From Octopus vulgaris (Eukaryota): a stretch of DNA of 64,000 nucleotides. The position numbers and the translations under genes were made by a program. Below, piece after piece: positions 26,470 through 38,379 of the stretch (its first letter is position 1; each line of letters starts with the position of its first letter). The notes beneath the pieces were generated by a model. The model saw nothing but the letters and a program-made list of their open reading frames with translations. It ran no database searches and was not told the origin of the DNA. The stretch is taken from NCBI GenBank assembly GCA_951406725.2, contig OX597826.1, forward strand, positions 54,126,001-54,190,000, in the 5' to 3' direction.

Positions 26470-26895
26470 GTGGGGGAGAGAAGGGGGAGAGAAGGGGGAG
26501 AGAAGGGGGAGAGAAGGGGGGATAGAGAGAGAAGTGGGGGATAGAGAGAGAAGTGGGGGATAGAGAGAAGGGGGGATAGAGAGAAGGGGGGATAGAGAGA
26601 AGGGGGGGATAGAGAGAAGGGGGGGATAGAGAGAAGGGGGGATAGAGAGAAGGGGGGATAGAGAGAAGGGGGGATAGAGAGAAGGGGGATAGAGAGAGGG
26701 GGGATAGAGAGAGGGGGGATAGAGAGAGGGGGGATAGAGAGAGGGGGGATAGAGAGAGGGGGGATAGAGAGAGGGGAGGATAGAGAGAGGGGGAATAGAG
26801 AGAGGGGGAATAGAGAGAGGGGGAATAGAGAGAGGGGGAATAGAGAGAGGGGAGAGGGAAGAGAGAGAGAGAAAGAAAGAAAGAAAGGGAGAGAA
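26470..26895. repeat. Purine-rich minisatellite (GGGGGATAGAGAGA[A/G])n
   Basis: About 15-17-bp unit repeated more than 20 times, just upstream of the DHDH-like exon 7 acceptor. Confidence 0.95.
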
Positions 26896-27344
26896 AGATT
26901 CTGGGAGACATTTTAATAATAATAATATTGGTTTCAAATTTTGGCACAAGGTCAGCAATTTCAGTGACGGGATACTCAACTAGTACTTGTTTTATCAACT
27001 GAAAGGATGAAAGGCAAAGTCAAATTCGGCGGAATTTGAACTCAGAACGTGAAATGCCGCTGAGCATTTTGCCCTGTGTACAAACTAATCTGTCAGGTCG
27101 CCGCCTTAATAATATTGGCTTCAAATTTTGGCATAAGTTCCAGCAATTTCGTGGGCAGCGGCTAAGTCGATTACAGTATTTAACAGGTGCTTATTTTATC
27201 GAGCCCCGAAAGTATGTAGAGCAAAGTCGACCCTGGAGGAATTTGCTTTCAGAACATAAAGACAGAAGAATATTGCTGCTAAGCATTTTGTCCGACGCGT
27301 TAACCATTCAACCAGTTCGTCGCCTTTACAGTGCCAATGACAAT

Positions 27345-27731
27345 GGAAGCACTCCGTCGGTTGCGACGATGAGGGTTCCTGTTGATCCGAATCATTGGAA
27401 CAGCCTGCTCGTGAAATTAACGTGTAAGTGGCTGAGCACTCCACAGACACGTGCACCCTTAACGTAGTTCTCAGGGATATTCAGCGTGACACAGAGTGAC
27501 AAGGCCGGCCCCTAGAAATACAGGTACAACAGAAACAGGAAGTAAGAGTGGAGTGAGAGAAAGTTGAGGCGAAAGAGTACAACAGGGGTCGCCACCACCC
27601 CCTGCCGGAGCCTCGTGGAGCTTTAAGTGTTTTCGCTCAATAAACACACACAACGCCCGGTCTGGGAATCGAAACCGCGATCCTCCGACCGCGAGTCCGC
27701 CGCACTAACCACTGGGCCATTGCGCCTCCAC
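27345..27731 (-). mobile_element. SINE family A, full length, 30 bp from the DHDH-like exon 6 donor
   Basis: Reverse complement of the 22711 copy; TSD ccaatgacaat at 27334 and 27734. Confidence 0.9.
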
Positions 27732-27760
27732 AACCAATGACAATAACAACGATAACTCAC

Positions 27761-27923
27761 CTGCACGGATCCAATGACGTACGAGTTCGGCCTGACAAAT
27801 GAATCCCATGCTCTCGGGATAGTTAAATTCAACATCCGTCGATGGATTCGCCAAACCAAGCGGGATTTCAGTCTCTACTCTATTTATCGTTATTTTGTTG
27901 GTGGACCAAAGTGGCGGATGTAT
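27761..27923 (-). CDS. DHDH: DHDH-like exon 6 (163 nt): IHPPLWSTNKITINRVETEIPLGLANPSTDVEFNYPESMGFICQAELVRHWIRA
   Basis: Acceptor tttttcacag, donor gtgagt, phase 0->1; matches the DHDH PCWCPT...NFxNxxG.xYEAxHVxxCL segment. Confidence 0.9.
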
Positions 27924-28182
27924 CTGTGAAAAAGAAATATTTGGATATATTCTGGCACACAAAAGACAGGCACACATTAAAACTTTTTTTTTTTTCGAGG
28001 CGTTACTTCGAAGTTTTAATAACAGCCTTCATCAAATTGATAACTATTAGGCCGAAACATCAAATTAACTGTCAACCTTTTCTCCGTAAAAATATGTTAG
28101 CTTACAGAAAAATATTGAGTGATGCTTCAATTTGATTTTATGTATAACTATATAAAACAAAATTATGTGGAAACACATACAG

Positions 28183-28317
<135 letters not shown>

Positions 28318-28519
28318 CCATCTATCTATATCTATCTATATATCTATCTATCTATATCCATCTATCTATATCTATCTATCTATATCTATCTATATATCCA
28401 TCTATCTATATCTATATATCCATCTATCTATATCTATCTATATATCCATCTATCTATATATCTATCTATCTATCTATATCTATATCTCTCTCTATATATA
28501 TATCTATGTATATATATAT

Positions 28520-28559
<40 letters not shown>

Positions 28560-28632
28560 ACATATATATATAGAGAGAGAAGGGGGATAGAGAGAGAGAA
28601 GGGGGATAGAGAGAGAGAGAGAGAGAGAGAGG

Positions 28633-29851
28633 GGTTGGACAAAATAGAAACTCCTTAAAATTTCGAGCAAATTTATTGTAATATGTGGTAGGATTGCCTT
28701 TGGCAGTAATTACAACTTGAATTCTACGAGGTATGGATTCGTACAAAGTTTGAATTGTTTCTAAAGGAATTTTTGTCCATTCTTCAGCTAAAACAGTTTC
28801 CAGTTCTTGTAGTGATGATGGTGGAGGATATCAACTCCTTACTTGTTTATCTAAAGTGCACCATAAATGTTCAATAATATTGAGATCTGGTGACCGGTGG
28901 CCAGATAAGATGTTCAACTTCACTAGAATGTTTCTCGTACCAATCAGTAACAACTTTTAGTGCATTACCATCCTGAAAGATTGCGTTCCCCTCCAGAAAC
29001 AGTTCTGCAACCATAGGATGTATTTGATCAGATAAAATGCTTAAATAGTCTTGACTATTAATTCTGCCATGAAGGGAAACCATTGGGCCGGTGGATTTCC
29101 AAGATCCCCCTCCCCCAGATCATCACAGATCCTTCATGTTTAACAGCTGGAAGAAGGCAGTCTGGGTCAAATGCATCTTTTGGCTGTCTCCACACGTATA
29201 CTCGGCCGGTGGTCGAAAACAGGGTAAAGGATGACTCGTCTGAGAAAATAACATTCTTCCACTGCTCTAGGGACCAATTCTGTAAGTTTTTACTCCACTC
29301 TAAACGCTTTGCAACGTTTGTTTTTGAAAGTAGTGGTTTTCTGATTGCAGCCCTCCCGCAAAATCCGGCTTTGTGTTGCTCCCGGCGAACAGTTTTTGTA
29401 CAAACTAGGTTCTCGAGGTGGTCATTAAGTCAGTAATTTTGGGAGCTGTACTTTCGTGATCCTTTATAACAATTCGCGTAAGAGTCCGATGGTCCCTATC
29501 TGAAAGTTTTGGTTTTCTTCCGGAGTTTTGTTTCAATGAGGAGGTTTTTCCCCTCTTTCTCAAAAGCTGTCATTACTTTTGAAACGGTACTTCTTGATAT
29601 AAACATTTCGGCTGTTTTCGTTACGCTAACGCCTGCCATACGAGCACCAACAATTTGACCTCTTTGAAAGTCCGATAGATCTGTCATTTAATGAATTTTA
29701 ATTACCTTTTTCTGATGATATCTGAAAAGAAACAGCAAGTTTAGCAAATCATATTAAGCAACACTAACAATAAATGAAAAAGCATAAGCTTTTGACGGTT
29801 TTATAGATATTTCAAAATTGATATTAGGTGTTCCCATTATTTTGGTCCAGC
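28633..29851 (-). mobile_element. Near-full-length degenerate Tc1 (DD34E) transposon in DHDH-like intron 5
   Basis: MTDLSDFQRGQIVGARMAGVSVTKTA (paired-like HTH), FSDESSF, FQDGNA and WPP..PDLNIIE motifs across frameshifts; degenerate TIRs ggttggacaaaatagaaactcct / aggtgttcccattattttggtccagc. Confidence 0.9.
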
Positions 29852-29873
29852 GTGTGTGTGTGTGTGTATGTGT

Positions 29874-29934
<61 letters not shown>

Positions 29935-30629
29935 CTTTGATATATTTTTTAATATAGTTCAAATGTATTTTGTATTGTGTTTGTTGACCGGTTTCGGTTT
30001 CGCTAATCATGACATTGAAATTATTGTAATTTCGAATTAACTCAAGCAAATTTTAGTCCATGTTATATGTTGAGAAGTTTATGAGTGAATGATTTAAGAA
30101 GTAGAAAAGGGGATGTAATAGGTAATCGCTATTGGGGTTAAGGGAGGTAATTAGTCATCTTTCGGTGGGGTGGGGGATAAATATGCACAAAAACTTAAAA
30201 GCTGAAGTAGTGAGAAAAAATATGTACAGTGAGGGGTAGGTGATCATGAATTAAAATAAATATATACTGAGATCAAAGTTGGTTATGCGTTCATATATAG
30301 ACGTGTTGCATTACAAGTCACCATGTGGGGATAATCGAAATTCCTCCCTTTAACTTACTATATATATACATATATATATATATACATAATGAAAAGTGGT
30401 GTTTCAGTCGGATTGCAGGCCATGCTGGGGCACCGCATTGAAAAAACTTTTGTCGAACAAATCGATCACAGTACTTTCTTTCTAAGCTCTCTTTTGCCAA
30501 AGCGTTAGGTTTCGGGGACGTAAACACACCTATATCGGTTGTGAGTGAATTTGGTAGACGGAATTTTTTTTCGTCTAAATTCCTTCAAGGTGGTGCCCTA
30601 GCGTGGTCGCAAATCAATATAGTAGTTGT

Positions 30630-30921
30630 TTTTCCTTCTCAAGTCACGTCTGGCTCATAAGGGCCGGTTTCCCGGTTTCCTTGGCGTATAGGTTCCCCGC
30701 CTGGACGGGACACCGGTCCGTCGCAGGTGAGCTGCAAGATGCAGGAGGAAAGAGTGAGAGAAAGTTGTGGCGAAAGAGAAGTTCGCCATTACCTTCTGCC
30801 GGAGCCGCGTGGAGCTTAGGTGTTTCGCTCATAAACACACGCATCGCCCGGTCTGAGATTCGAACCCACGATCCCTTGACCGCGAGTCCGCTGCTCTAAC
30901 CAATAGGCCATGTGCCTCCAC
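30630..30921 (-). mobile_element. SINE family A variant (alternative 3' tail)
   Basis: Closely similar to the copies at 20-291 and 60780-61083. Confidence 0.85.
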
Positions 30922-31069
30922 AATCCAATAAAGTAGTTGAAAAACAAAAACCATAAGTTCTTTGCGCCTATTGTTTTCAGAAGCTTCTGCTTTCTCAAAG
31001 TCACTTCCAGATTTTTTAAAAAAAGAAAAAAAAATTACAAACAAAAAGTTTAAAGTGAGAATTCCTTAC

Positions 31070-31194
31070 ATAAATGCTTCCATTTGTTCCATAGATCCAG
31101 GCATCTGCTCTTCCTTTCAGTTTTGAATGACATGACAAAGAAGCTTTGCTACCATTCTGATACAGAAGGATAATGTTACAAGCTTCATCAATAC
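31070..31194 (-). CDS. DHDH: DHDH-like exon 5 (125 nt): GIDEACNIILLYQNGSKASLSCHSKLKGRADAWIYGTNGSIY
   Basis: Acceptor gacctaag, donor gtaagg, phase 1->0; matches DHDH GVDDTVTVLLQY...GTKG. Confidence 0.9.
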
Positions 31195-31615
31195 CTTAGG
31201 TCAATAGAATAAAAATTTACGTTAGTGTTTTCCGTAGTATAAAAAAGGAGACAAAACAAGATCTAGTTTGTCTTACTACCAGCAGAAATAGCATTTCTTT
31301 CTCTCTCACACATACACACAGAGTCTTGTGAGTGGATTTGATAGATGGAAACTGGAAGAAGCTGGTCATATGTTTGTGTGCGTGTGTCCCCACCACTGCT
31401 TGATAATTGGTGTTAGTGCGTTTATTTTCCTCGTAACTTAGCAGTTCGGCCACAAAGAGACCGATAGAATAAATACCAGGCTTATAAAACAAAATAGGTA
31501 CTGTGGTCGATTTATTCTACTGACAATTCTTCAAGGCACTGCCCCAGTATAGCCGCAGTCTAATGACCGAAACACGTTTCTCTTTATCTCTCGATCTATC
31601 TATCTACGTCCCCTT

Positions 31616-31659
<44 letters not shown>

Positions 31660-31660
<1 letters not shown>

Positions 31661-31935
31661 TGTGTACAGTGCTCAGGTGCACTACAACTCATCTAAAGTG
31701 TATATATAATCAGGTGTAGTTTCGGCGGATTTCGGAAAGCATGAGGGCCTTAAAGGATGCAGTGTCATGGCAGTCAACAACTGACGCAGGCAGTTTATTC
31801 CATGCTTCAGCAACTCTGAGCGTGAAAAAATGTTTCCGAAAGTCATGTGTTGTTTTCTGACTTTGTAGGCATGTCCACGTGTATTAGACACATGGAGATC
31901 AAAAAGGTGTTCAGTGTTGTTGTTGTTGTCTCCAT
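31660..31935 (-). mobile_element. CR1/L2-clade LINE 3' end
   Basis: NTRGHAYKVRKQH...KHFFTLRVAEAWNKLPASVV..TASFK, typical of CR1-like ORF2 C-termini, followed by a (TTA)n tail. Confidence 0.8.
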
Positions 31936-32923
31936 GCATCTACATATAATAGTCGAACTGCTCATGTTAAGTATCTTGGTTGTGAATGTAATGCAGCTGA
32001 AGTGACAAAGTGCGAACCTGTCATCGTTCCGTCAGTAATCAAAAACATTGGACATTTGTCCTAATTAGCCAATTGTTAAACCAGTTCTTCTTAAAACTAT
32101 CTGATGTAGCGTACCGGTAGTTTTTTTCTCTCTCTCCAATGTGTCAGGGACTAGTAATAATTCTTAGCAATATTTTTTTCTACTCTAGGCACAGGGACTG
32201 AAAATTGGGGGCGGGGGGGGGGGCAGTCGATTTGATCGATCCCCAGTACGCAACTGGTACTTAATTTATCGACCCCGAAAGGATGACTGTCAAAGAGGAT
32301 CTTTGTTTGTCACAATGTCGTTGATAGATATTATAAATTGAAAGAACAAAAGTTGTAGGAAGGAAGTGAAAGTGGAACTAAGAATATGAGAGACTTGGAG
32401 CAGAGAATCTGGTCGAGGTTATGTTATTTGATGTCACGTTGAAGAGCTAATAGTTTCTTGCTTTGAAGACATATGGACAGACAGGTTTTTAAAACACGCC
32501 GTGTCTTCAAGCAATCTCCAAGCTATGAACACATGGTCCGTTCTATTTGAAAACCAATGCTCTGGTACATTAGAAACCACGAGAAAAACTAAAAAAGTGC
32601 AAGGGTGAATAAAAACAGGGGTGGGGGATAAGAAAATTAGAGTTGACTGTAGAAATCATAATTGAACTAGTTGTAGAATAATTCTACGGATAGGGCTCCA
32701 AAGTTTGCGCGACAATCTACTTGGATCTAACACCAACAATGGGTTACATTACTCAATTTACTTCTGATGATCTGGCTTTACTGCATAAATTACTAGTTCT
32801 AGCTGGTGAAACACGTGTACACATTATGTAATGTGTGAGATTATATAAATTCTGTAATCTCATCTCGAATTTTATTTCGCTCTGTGTGCGTGGGGGGTGG
32901 GGGGTGAGAGAACATATATTTAC

Positions 32924-33173
32924 CGTTACTTGTAAAATCTCCAATAGTGAGGACGTGTTCAGGATTCTCTCGGAATACAAATTGTACCAACCACAAAAGA
33001 TACACGCCTATATTGGAAATACAGCCTCCGCTAATTCCTGTAGTGGATCTCTTTTCCTTATGCAGAACATCGAAAAATAGAGCAGCATCGAAATATTTTA
33101 CATCCCCTATGGTACCTTGATCAATTTCCTCTTTAATGTGTCTAAAAATCGGCAGGAAACACATCCAGATGCC
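32924..33173 (-). CDS. DHDH: DHDH-like exon 4 (250 nt): GIWMCFLPIFRHIKEEIDQGTIGDVKY...SGGCISNIGVYLLWLVQFVFRENPEHVLTIGDFTSN
   Basis: Acceptor cttttcatcag, donor gtaaat, phase 0->1; corresponds to the DHDH segments AIWTRFFP, GTLGD and GGALLDIGIY. Confidence 0.92.
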
Positions 33174-34746
33174 CTGATGAAAAGAGAACAAATCTAGTTA
33201 ACGTGCTCATGGAATCAACAGTAAATAAGTACCTCCCCACTAGAAACATGCATGCAAACACATACACACACACATACGCGCGTGCAAACACACCAACTCA
33301 AGCAGAAGTATTCCCGCACATCTATGTGAAAGAAGTTTTGTTTTTCTATTTGGCGTGTAACCAGAAAAAAAAAAACATTTCTAAATCTCTGAAGAAATAT
33401 TCAGTAACAGTTCTTTTGAGTAAAGACTGTTCGCCAACATAATGTGGCAGTCCTGGATGGGATGAATGTTACTGTTGTTTAGGCCCACGGATATTGTGTC
33501 GTATAACCAGCTGGAAATGTTTCCAGTTGCTAAACAACAGTAATAATCGTCCCGTCCAGGACAGCCACAAATTGTTGGCAAATAGTCTTTACTTTCCAGA
33601 AAGAAGCTTAACAGGAAGTGGCAATTATGCCTCTCCCTATACCAGTAATTAAAAAGTCAATCGCAAATAGGTTCATTGATTTGAAAACGGCTCAGTCAAG
33701 CGTTCACACACCTACTGATAACGCTTCGGCAGTAAACTGCTCAGTTTTATGATGGCTTATCTATCGATAACTTTCTAAGTAGTTTGTATAATCCTATGAA
33801 CCCGGAAAAATTTTAAACAGAGTTACTTACTTGCAAATAAATGTGTTAACATGTGATATTATTGACCGAGGTTACCGTGGTCTTTTCCGTAGGCTTTTCT
33901 TTCCACGGATAAGCCTTATCTGATTCCCTCCCCTCTTTACACTTTACATCATGACATTTCTGTGATACACGATCCCTATTGATGATTTTTTTTACGATCC
34001 CTTTTGATCGAAATCCTACCCTCCCCTTCATTTTCTCACAAAAAAGAAAAGCTCTACTTTGTAATTTGTCTCCTCTGTGTTCAGCCCTGTGTGGCTAATA
34101 AAGAAACATAATACGTAGTTTGTATGTACTTTTCTTTGAGATTTATTTAAAGTTTTCTTAGCCTTTTCAGAATTCCAGACGATCACAGAGTAGCAAGGCT
34201 CTTGATTAAGTCAACATCTCTTGAGATTTGTTGCTTTCTGAATTGGTTGATGTATGTATGTGTGATGTGTGTTATGTGTGTAGATAAAACTTTTACTCAT
34301 GGATGTGTGTCACGACAGAACATGAACATGGTCGTATGTTTCATTACATTTTTTATGTGTAAGTGCATTCCATGGGTGTATGCGAATGTGTGCATATGTT
34401 CACTCACTCAGGAACTTCAAATGGAGAATCACTGAAATGTTTTTACAAGGTTTCGCTGTACCTAATCGACTGTATTTGAAGAATGGGAACCATTCTGCTC
34501 TGTTCTTTTCGTGGAAAACCAAAAGTGTTATCGATATTTTTTTTCTTTGTATCTATAGACAATCTAATCTTACATACTCCTTAAAAGAAAAAAAAGGAGG
34601 GAAAAGGTTACGCATATAACGCCTTCGATCATGTATCTATTCACGATTGAGTTGGGGTTAAATAATTCCAGCATGGGGGGTCTTTACATGCTATCTCAAT
34701 TTTCAAGAAATAGCAACCAAATCTTTTTCACATAACGCCTTTTGAG

Positions 34747-34778
<32 letters not shown>

Positions 34779-34986
34779 TAAACAAAACAAAAAAAAAGAA
34801 AAACTACGTAGAGGAGATAAGACATACAGAATGTATGAGGTTGACACTCTTCAGAAAAAATAAACAAGGAGAGAAAAATGCGGAGAAAAGATCAAATGTG
34901 TCTCAGACGATTACGGCAATGCTTTTATTTATTTCTCTCCCTCTCTTTCTCTCACACACGCGCGCGCGCACGCACGCACGGAAATG

Positions 34987-35190
34987 CTAAGTTCCTGGCT
35001 TTAAGGGTATCGCGAAAGAACTCGGAAGGTTGGGCTTCCTCAACCTTCCGAGTTCTTTTACAGGGCTCAGAAAAACTGAAGGACAGCTGCAATAAGTGCG
35101 TCAATCTGAGAGGGGAATATGTTGAATAAAATTATAATTAACTGGTCCTCCTGTATTTTCTTTTACTTAAAGCCAAGAACTTTTCAACAA
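34987..35190 (+). mobile_element. Mariner-derived MITE (deletion derivative) with an internal hairpin
   Basis: TIRs aagttcctggctttaag / cttaaagccaagaactt; retains the mariner C-terminus KLKDSCNKCVNLRGEYVE*; internal perfect stem aagaactcggaaggttg...caaccttccgagttctt. Confidence 0.75.
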
Positions 35191-35199
35191 CCCCTCGTG

Positions 35200-35640
35200 T
35201 GTGTACACACACACGCACGCGCACACACACACACACGCGCGCGCGCACACACAGACGCGCGTACACACACACACGCGTACACACACACACACACGCGAAC
35301 ACACACACAACACACACGCGTACACACACACACACGCGTACACACACACACACACGCGCGTACACACACACACGCGTACACACACACACGCGTACACACG
35401 CGTACACACACACACACACACACGCGTACACACACACACACGCGCACACACACACACACGCGTAGACACACACACGCGTACACACACACACACACACGCG
35501 TACACACACACACGCGCGTACACACACACACACGCGTGCGCACACACACACACACACACACACACACGCGTACACACACACACACACACACACACACGCG
35601 TACACACACACACACACACACGCGTACACACACACACACA
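35200..35640. repeat. (CA)n minisatellite punctuated by CGCGTA
   Basis: Alternating purine-pyrimidine tract of about 440 bp. Confidence 0.95.
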
Positions 35641-35708
35641 TTTCTCGATCAGAGATGGCCAGGAGTTAAACAGCAAAATAGGCAAGTTTCATAAAAAAAA
35701 TACCATAC

Positions 35709-35872
35709 CTCCATGAAAAACACTTTATTTCGTCTTGCAAACTCTATCAGCGAAAAGCATTCCTCTGCTCTCAAAGCGCAAGGAGCTTCGCATAGAACGT
35801 GTTTGTTATATTGTATCATAAGATAACAATCTTCGTAACGGTCACCGACTGGAGATGATACATACACGACAT
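35709..35872 (-). CDS. DHDH: DHDH-like exon 3 (164 nt): DVVYVSSPVGDRYEDCYLMIQYNKHVLCEAPCALRAEECFSLIEFARRNKVFFME
   Basis: Acceptor tattccag, donor gtatgg, phase 1->0; KHVLCExP and FFME motifs of Gfo/Idh/MocA proteins. Confidence 0.92.
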
Positions 35873-35960
35873 CTGGAATAGACAATAACGAAAATGAAAA
35901 AGAATAACGTACACCTGTGAATGAATTGCAACGTGAAATATCAATGTCAATGTACATCAA

Positions 35961-36517
35961 TGTGTGGTGTTAGCAGTGTTATGGGCTGTGATGAGCTATG
36001 TGGTGTTGGTGGAGAGGATGACAGATGAGGTGGACGGAAGTAAGGCTTGCAGGGGCCGGCGGAAGAGTGAAAGGGACATGCGTTGTCAGGCAGCACGTGT
36101 GGTCAGTTCCAGCAAAGACGGCGCAGAGACAAGACGTGTTTAATTCGTGAGAGTGACCGCTGATTTCGCCGAGGTATTTCTTTCTCCTATTTGCTTCTTT
36201 TTTTCTGTTGTCCTCTTCCTCCATCACACTACAAGCTATTTCGTCCCATAGCAGAAAAAAAAAGAAGGAAACGGGAGAAAGAAATACCTCGGCGAAATCA
36301 GCGGTCACTCTCACGAATTAAACACGTCTTGTCTCTGCGCCGTCTTTGCTGGAACTCACCACACGTGCTGCCTGACCACACGTGCTTCCTGCCCACGCAT
36401 ACCCCTTTCACGCTTCCGCCAGCCCCTGCAAGCCTTACTTCCGTCCACCTCATCTGTCATCCTCTCCACCAACACAACATAGCTCATCACAGCCCATAAC
36501 ACTGCTAACACCACACA
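35961..36517. mobile_element. Foldback/MITE-like palindromic element with ~245-265-bp inverted arms and a ~45-bp spacer
   Basis: 35961-36207 is nearly the reverse complement of 36252-36517 (tgtgtggtgttagcagtgttatggg ... cccataacactgctaacaccacaca); one ~20-bp indel; possible AAT target duplication. Confidence 0.9.
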
Positions 36518-37499
36518 ATGTTTGAACAGTATTTCTGAGACATCATGCGATTTAGTTACCAAAAAGTCACTTCGCTATGAACTACAGTTCCGTTGCATGT
36601 CAACTTGGGCATGTGTATTCTTCTAAAGCCCCATGACAGCTAATGCCTTATGAGTGAATCTGATAGACGGAGATTGTGTGGAAACCTGTCGGGTTTGTGT
36701 AATACATACATACATACATACATACATACATACATACTCAACGGGTTGTGTGTGCGTGTGTATACATATACCTATTTCTTTACTGTCCACAAGGGGCTAC
36801 ACACAGGGAACAAACAAGGACAGACAAACGGACTAAGTCGATATATATCGACCCCAGTGCGTAACTGGTACTTATTTAATCAACCCCGAAAGGATGAAAG
36901 GCAAATTTGACCTCGGCGGAATTTGAATTCACAACGCAGAGGCAGACGAAATACTGCTAAGCATTTCGCCCGGCGTGCTAACGTTTCCGCCAGCTCGCCG
37001 CCTTATATATACATATGCCACCATCACTTGACGACTGTGTTGGTTTGTTTACGTTCCCGTTATCTAGCGGTTCGACAAAAATCAATATAAAACCAGACTT
37101 AAGTACTTGAAAGCAGTACCCTAGCATGGCTGCAGTCCAATGACAAAGTAGAAGGTAAGTATAGACTGATCCTTTCCGTATTTGCGCACCAAACCGTTGC
37201 CCTCTCCTAGTTACTTGCGTCGACCTTTTCTGTCGTAACCTTAATGTGACCTTGATGTTGTGTGACGTTCTGGAGCATTAAAAAATATATCCAGCTCCAC
37301 CATGGAATTTTGGAAATATAAAATAATTCCATGACTGTGTGGAGGTGCAGGGTGGGTGAGTGGTAAGAAGTTTGCTTCCCAACCACATGGTTCCGGGTTC
37401 AGTCCCACTGCGTGGCATCTTCGGCAAATATCTTCTGCTATGGCCTCTGGCTGACCAAAGCCTTGTGAATGGATTGGTTGACGGAAACTGAAAAGCCCG

Positions 37500-37542
<43 letters not shown>

Positions 37543-37720
37543 ACCACCGCTTGACAACCGGTGTTGGTGTGTTTACGTTCCTGTAACTTTACTGCTTGGC
37601 AAAAAGAAACAGTAAGTACTGAGCTTAAAAAATAACTACTAGGATTGATACATTCGACTAAAGATTCACGGTGGTGCCCCAGCATGGTCGCAGTCTAATG
37701 ATAACAAAGAAACGTTTTAC

Positions 37721-37832
37721 CTATATTCTTATTTCTGACAAATTCTTCACAGCATCCGTAAGTATTTGGTATTTTAAACTTCTTCCCGAACTCACTGGCA
37801 GCTTTACTGTCATCACAACCAACAGCAACGAT
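37721..37832 (-). CDS. DHDH: DHDH-like exon 2 (112 nt): IVAVGCDDSKAASEFGKKFKIPNTYGCCEEFVRNKNI
   Basis: Acceptor ttttccaaccag, donor gtaaaa, phase 0->1; aligns by eye with DHDH [31 protein letters not shown]. Not in the ORF track. Confidence 0.9.
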
Positions 37833-38017
37833 CTGGTTGGAAAAGAAATTTAAAATAAATGCATTTTATAGAAAACGTCTCAGGTAGCACAAATCCACAA
37901 ATTTTAAGGGAAGTCTGTCCAGTACTTAATGATACTGCGAAATTCAAAACCCGAATGTTTATGGTGTAAAGCCGAAACTGCTGACGTGTAGAACGTGATA
38001 ATTTTGACTAAAGATAT

Positions 38018-38345
38018 TTAATGCATAAAGCGCGAGGATTTGCCCTTACATAGCATGGACGGCTGAGCAAATTTTATGAAAATGAGACTAAAATGCACAC
38101 ATAAAAAACAAAATATAGTTAAAATATCTTCTTAGTATATAATGGTGGCAAGTTTTACATTATCTGAAAAGTCATTAGTTGAATTATTAGTCCTCTTGCA
38201 TTCTGGGGTGGGGGGTAACGGAGCGTTTGAGTGACAGACCCCGACAAACGCCCATAAATTAAATGCATCTACCTGGGCCACGATCGTGGCTTGTGGACTT
38301 GTGCCTGACGGCCACGATCATAGCCTGTTGCGCTTTATGAGTTAA
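38018..38345. mobile_element. piggyBac-like MITE with TTAA ends
   Basis: TTAAtgCATAAAGCGC ... GCGCTTTATGagTTAA terminal inverted repeat. Confidence 0.55.
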
Positions 38346-38379
38346 GGACAAGATCAGCAATTTTGAAGAGAGAGGGTAA

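Noticed and set aside
26330-26998. 222-aa and 191-aa Pro/Ser/Leu-rich ORFs
   Set aside because: Translation of an intronic minisatellite; the real exon 7 uses a different frame from 26359.
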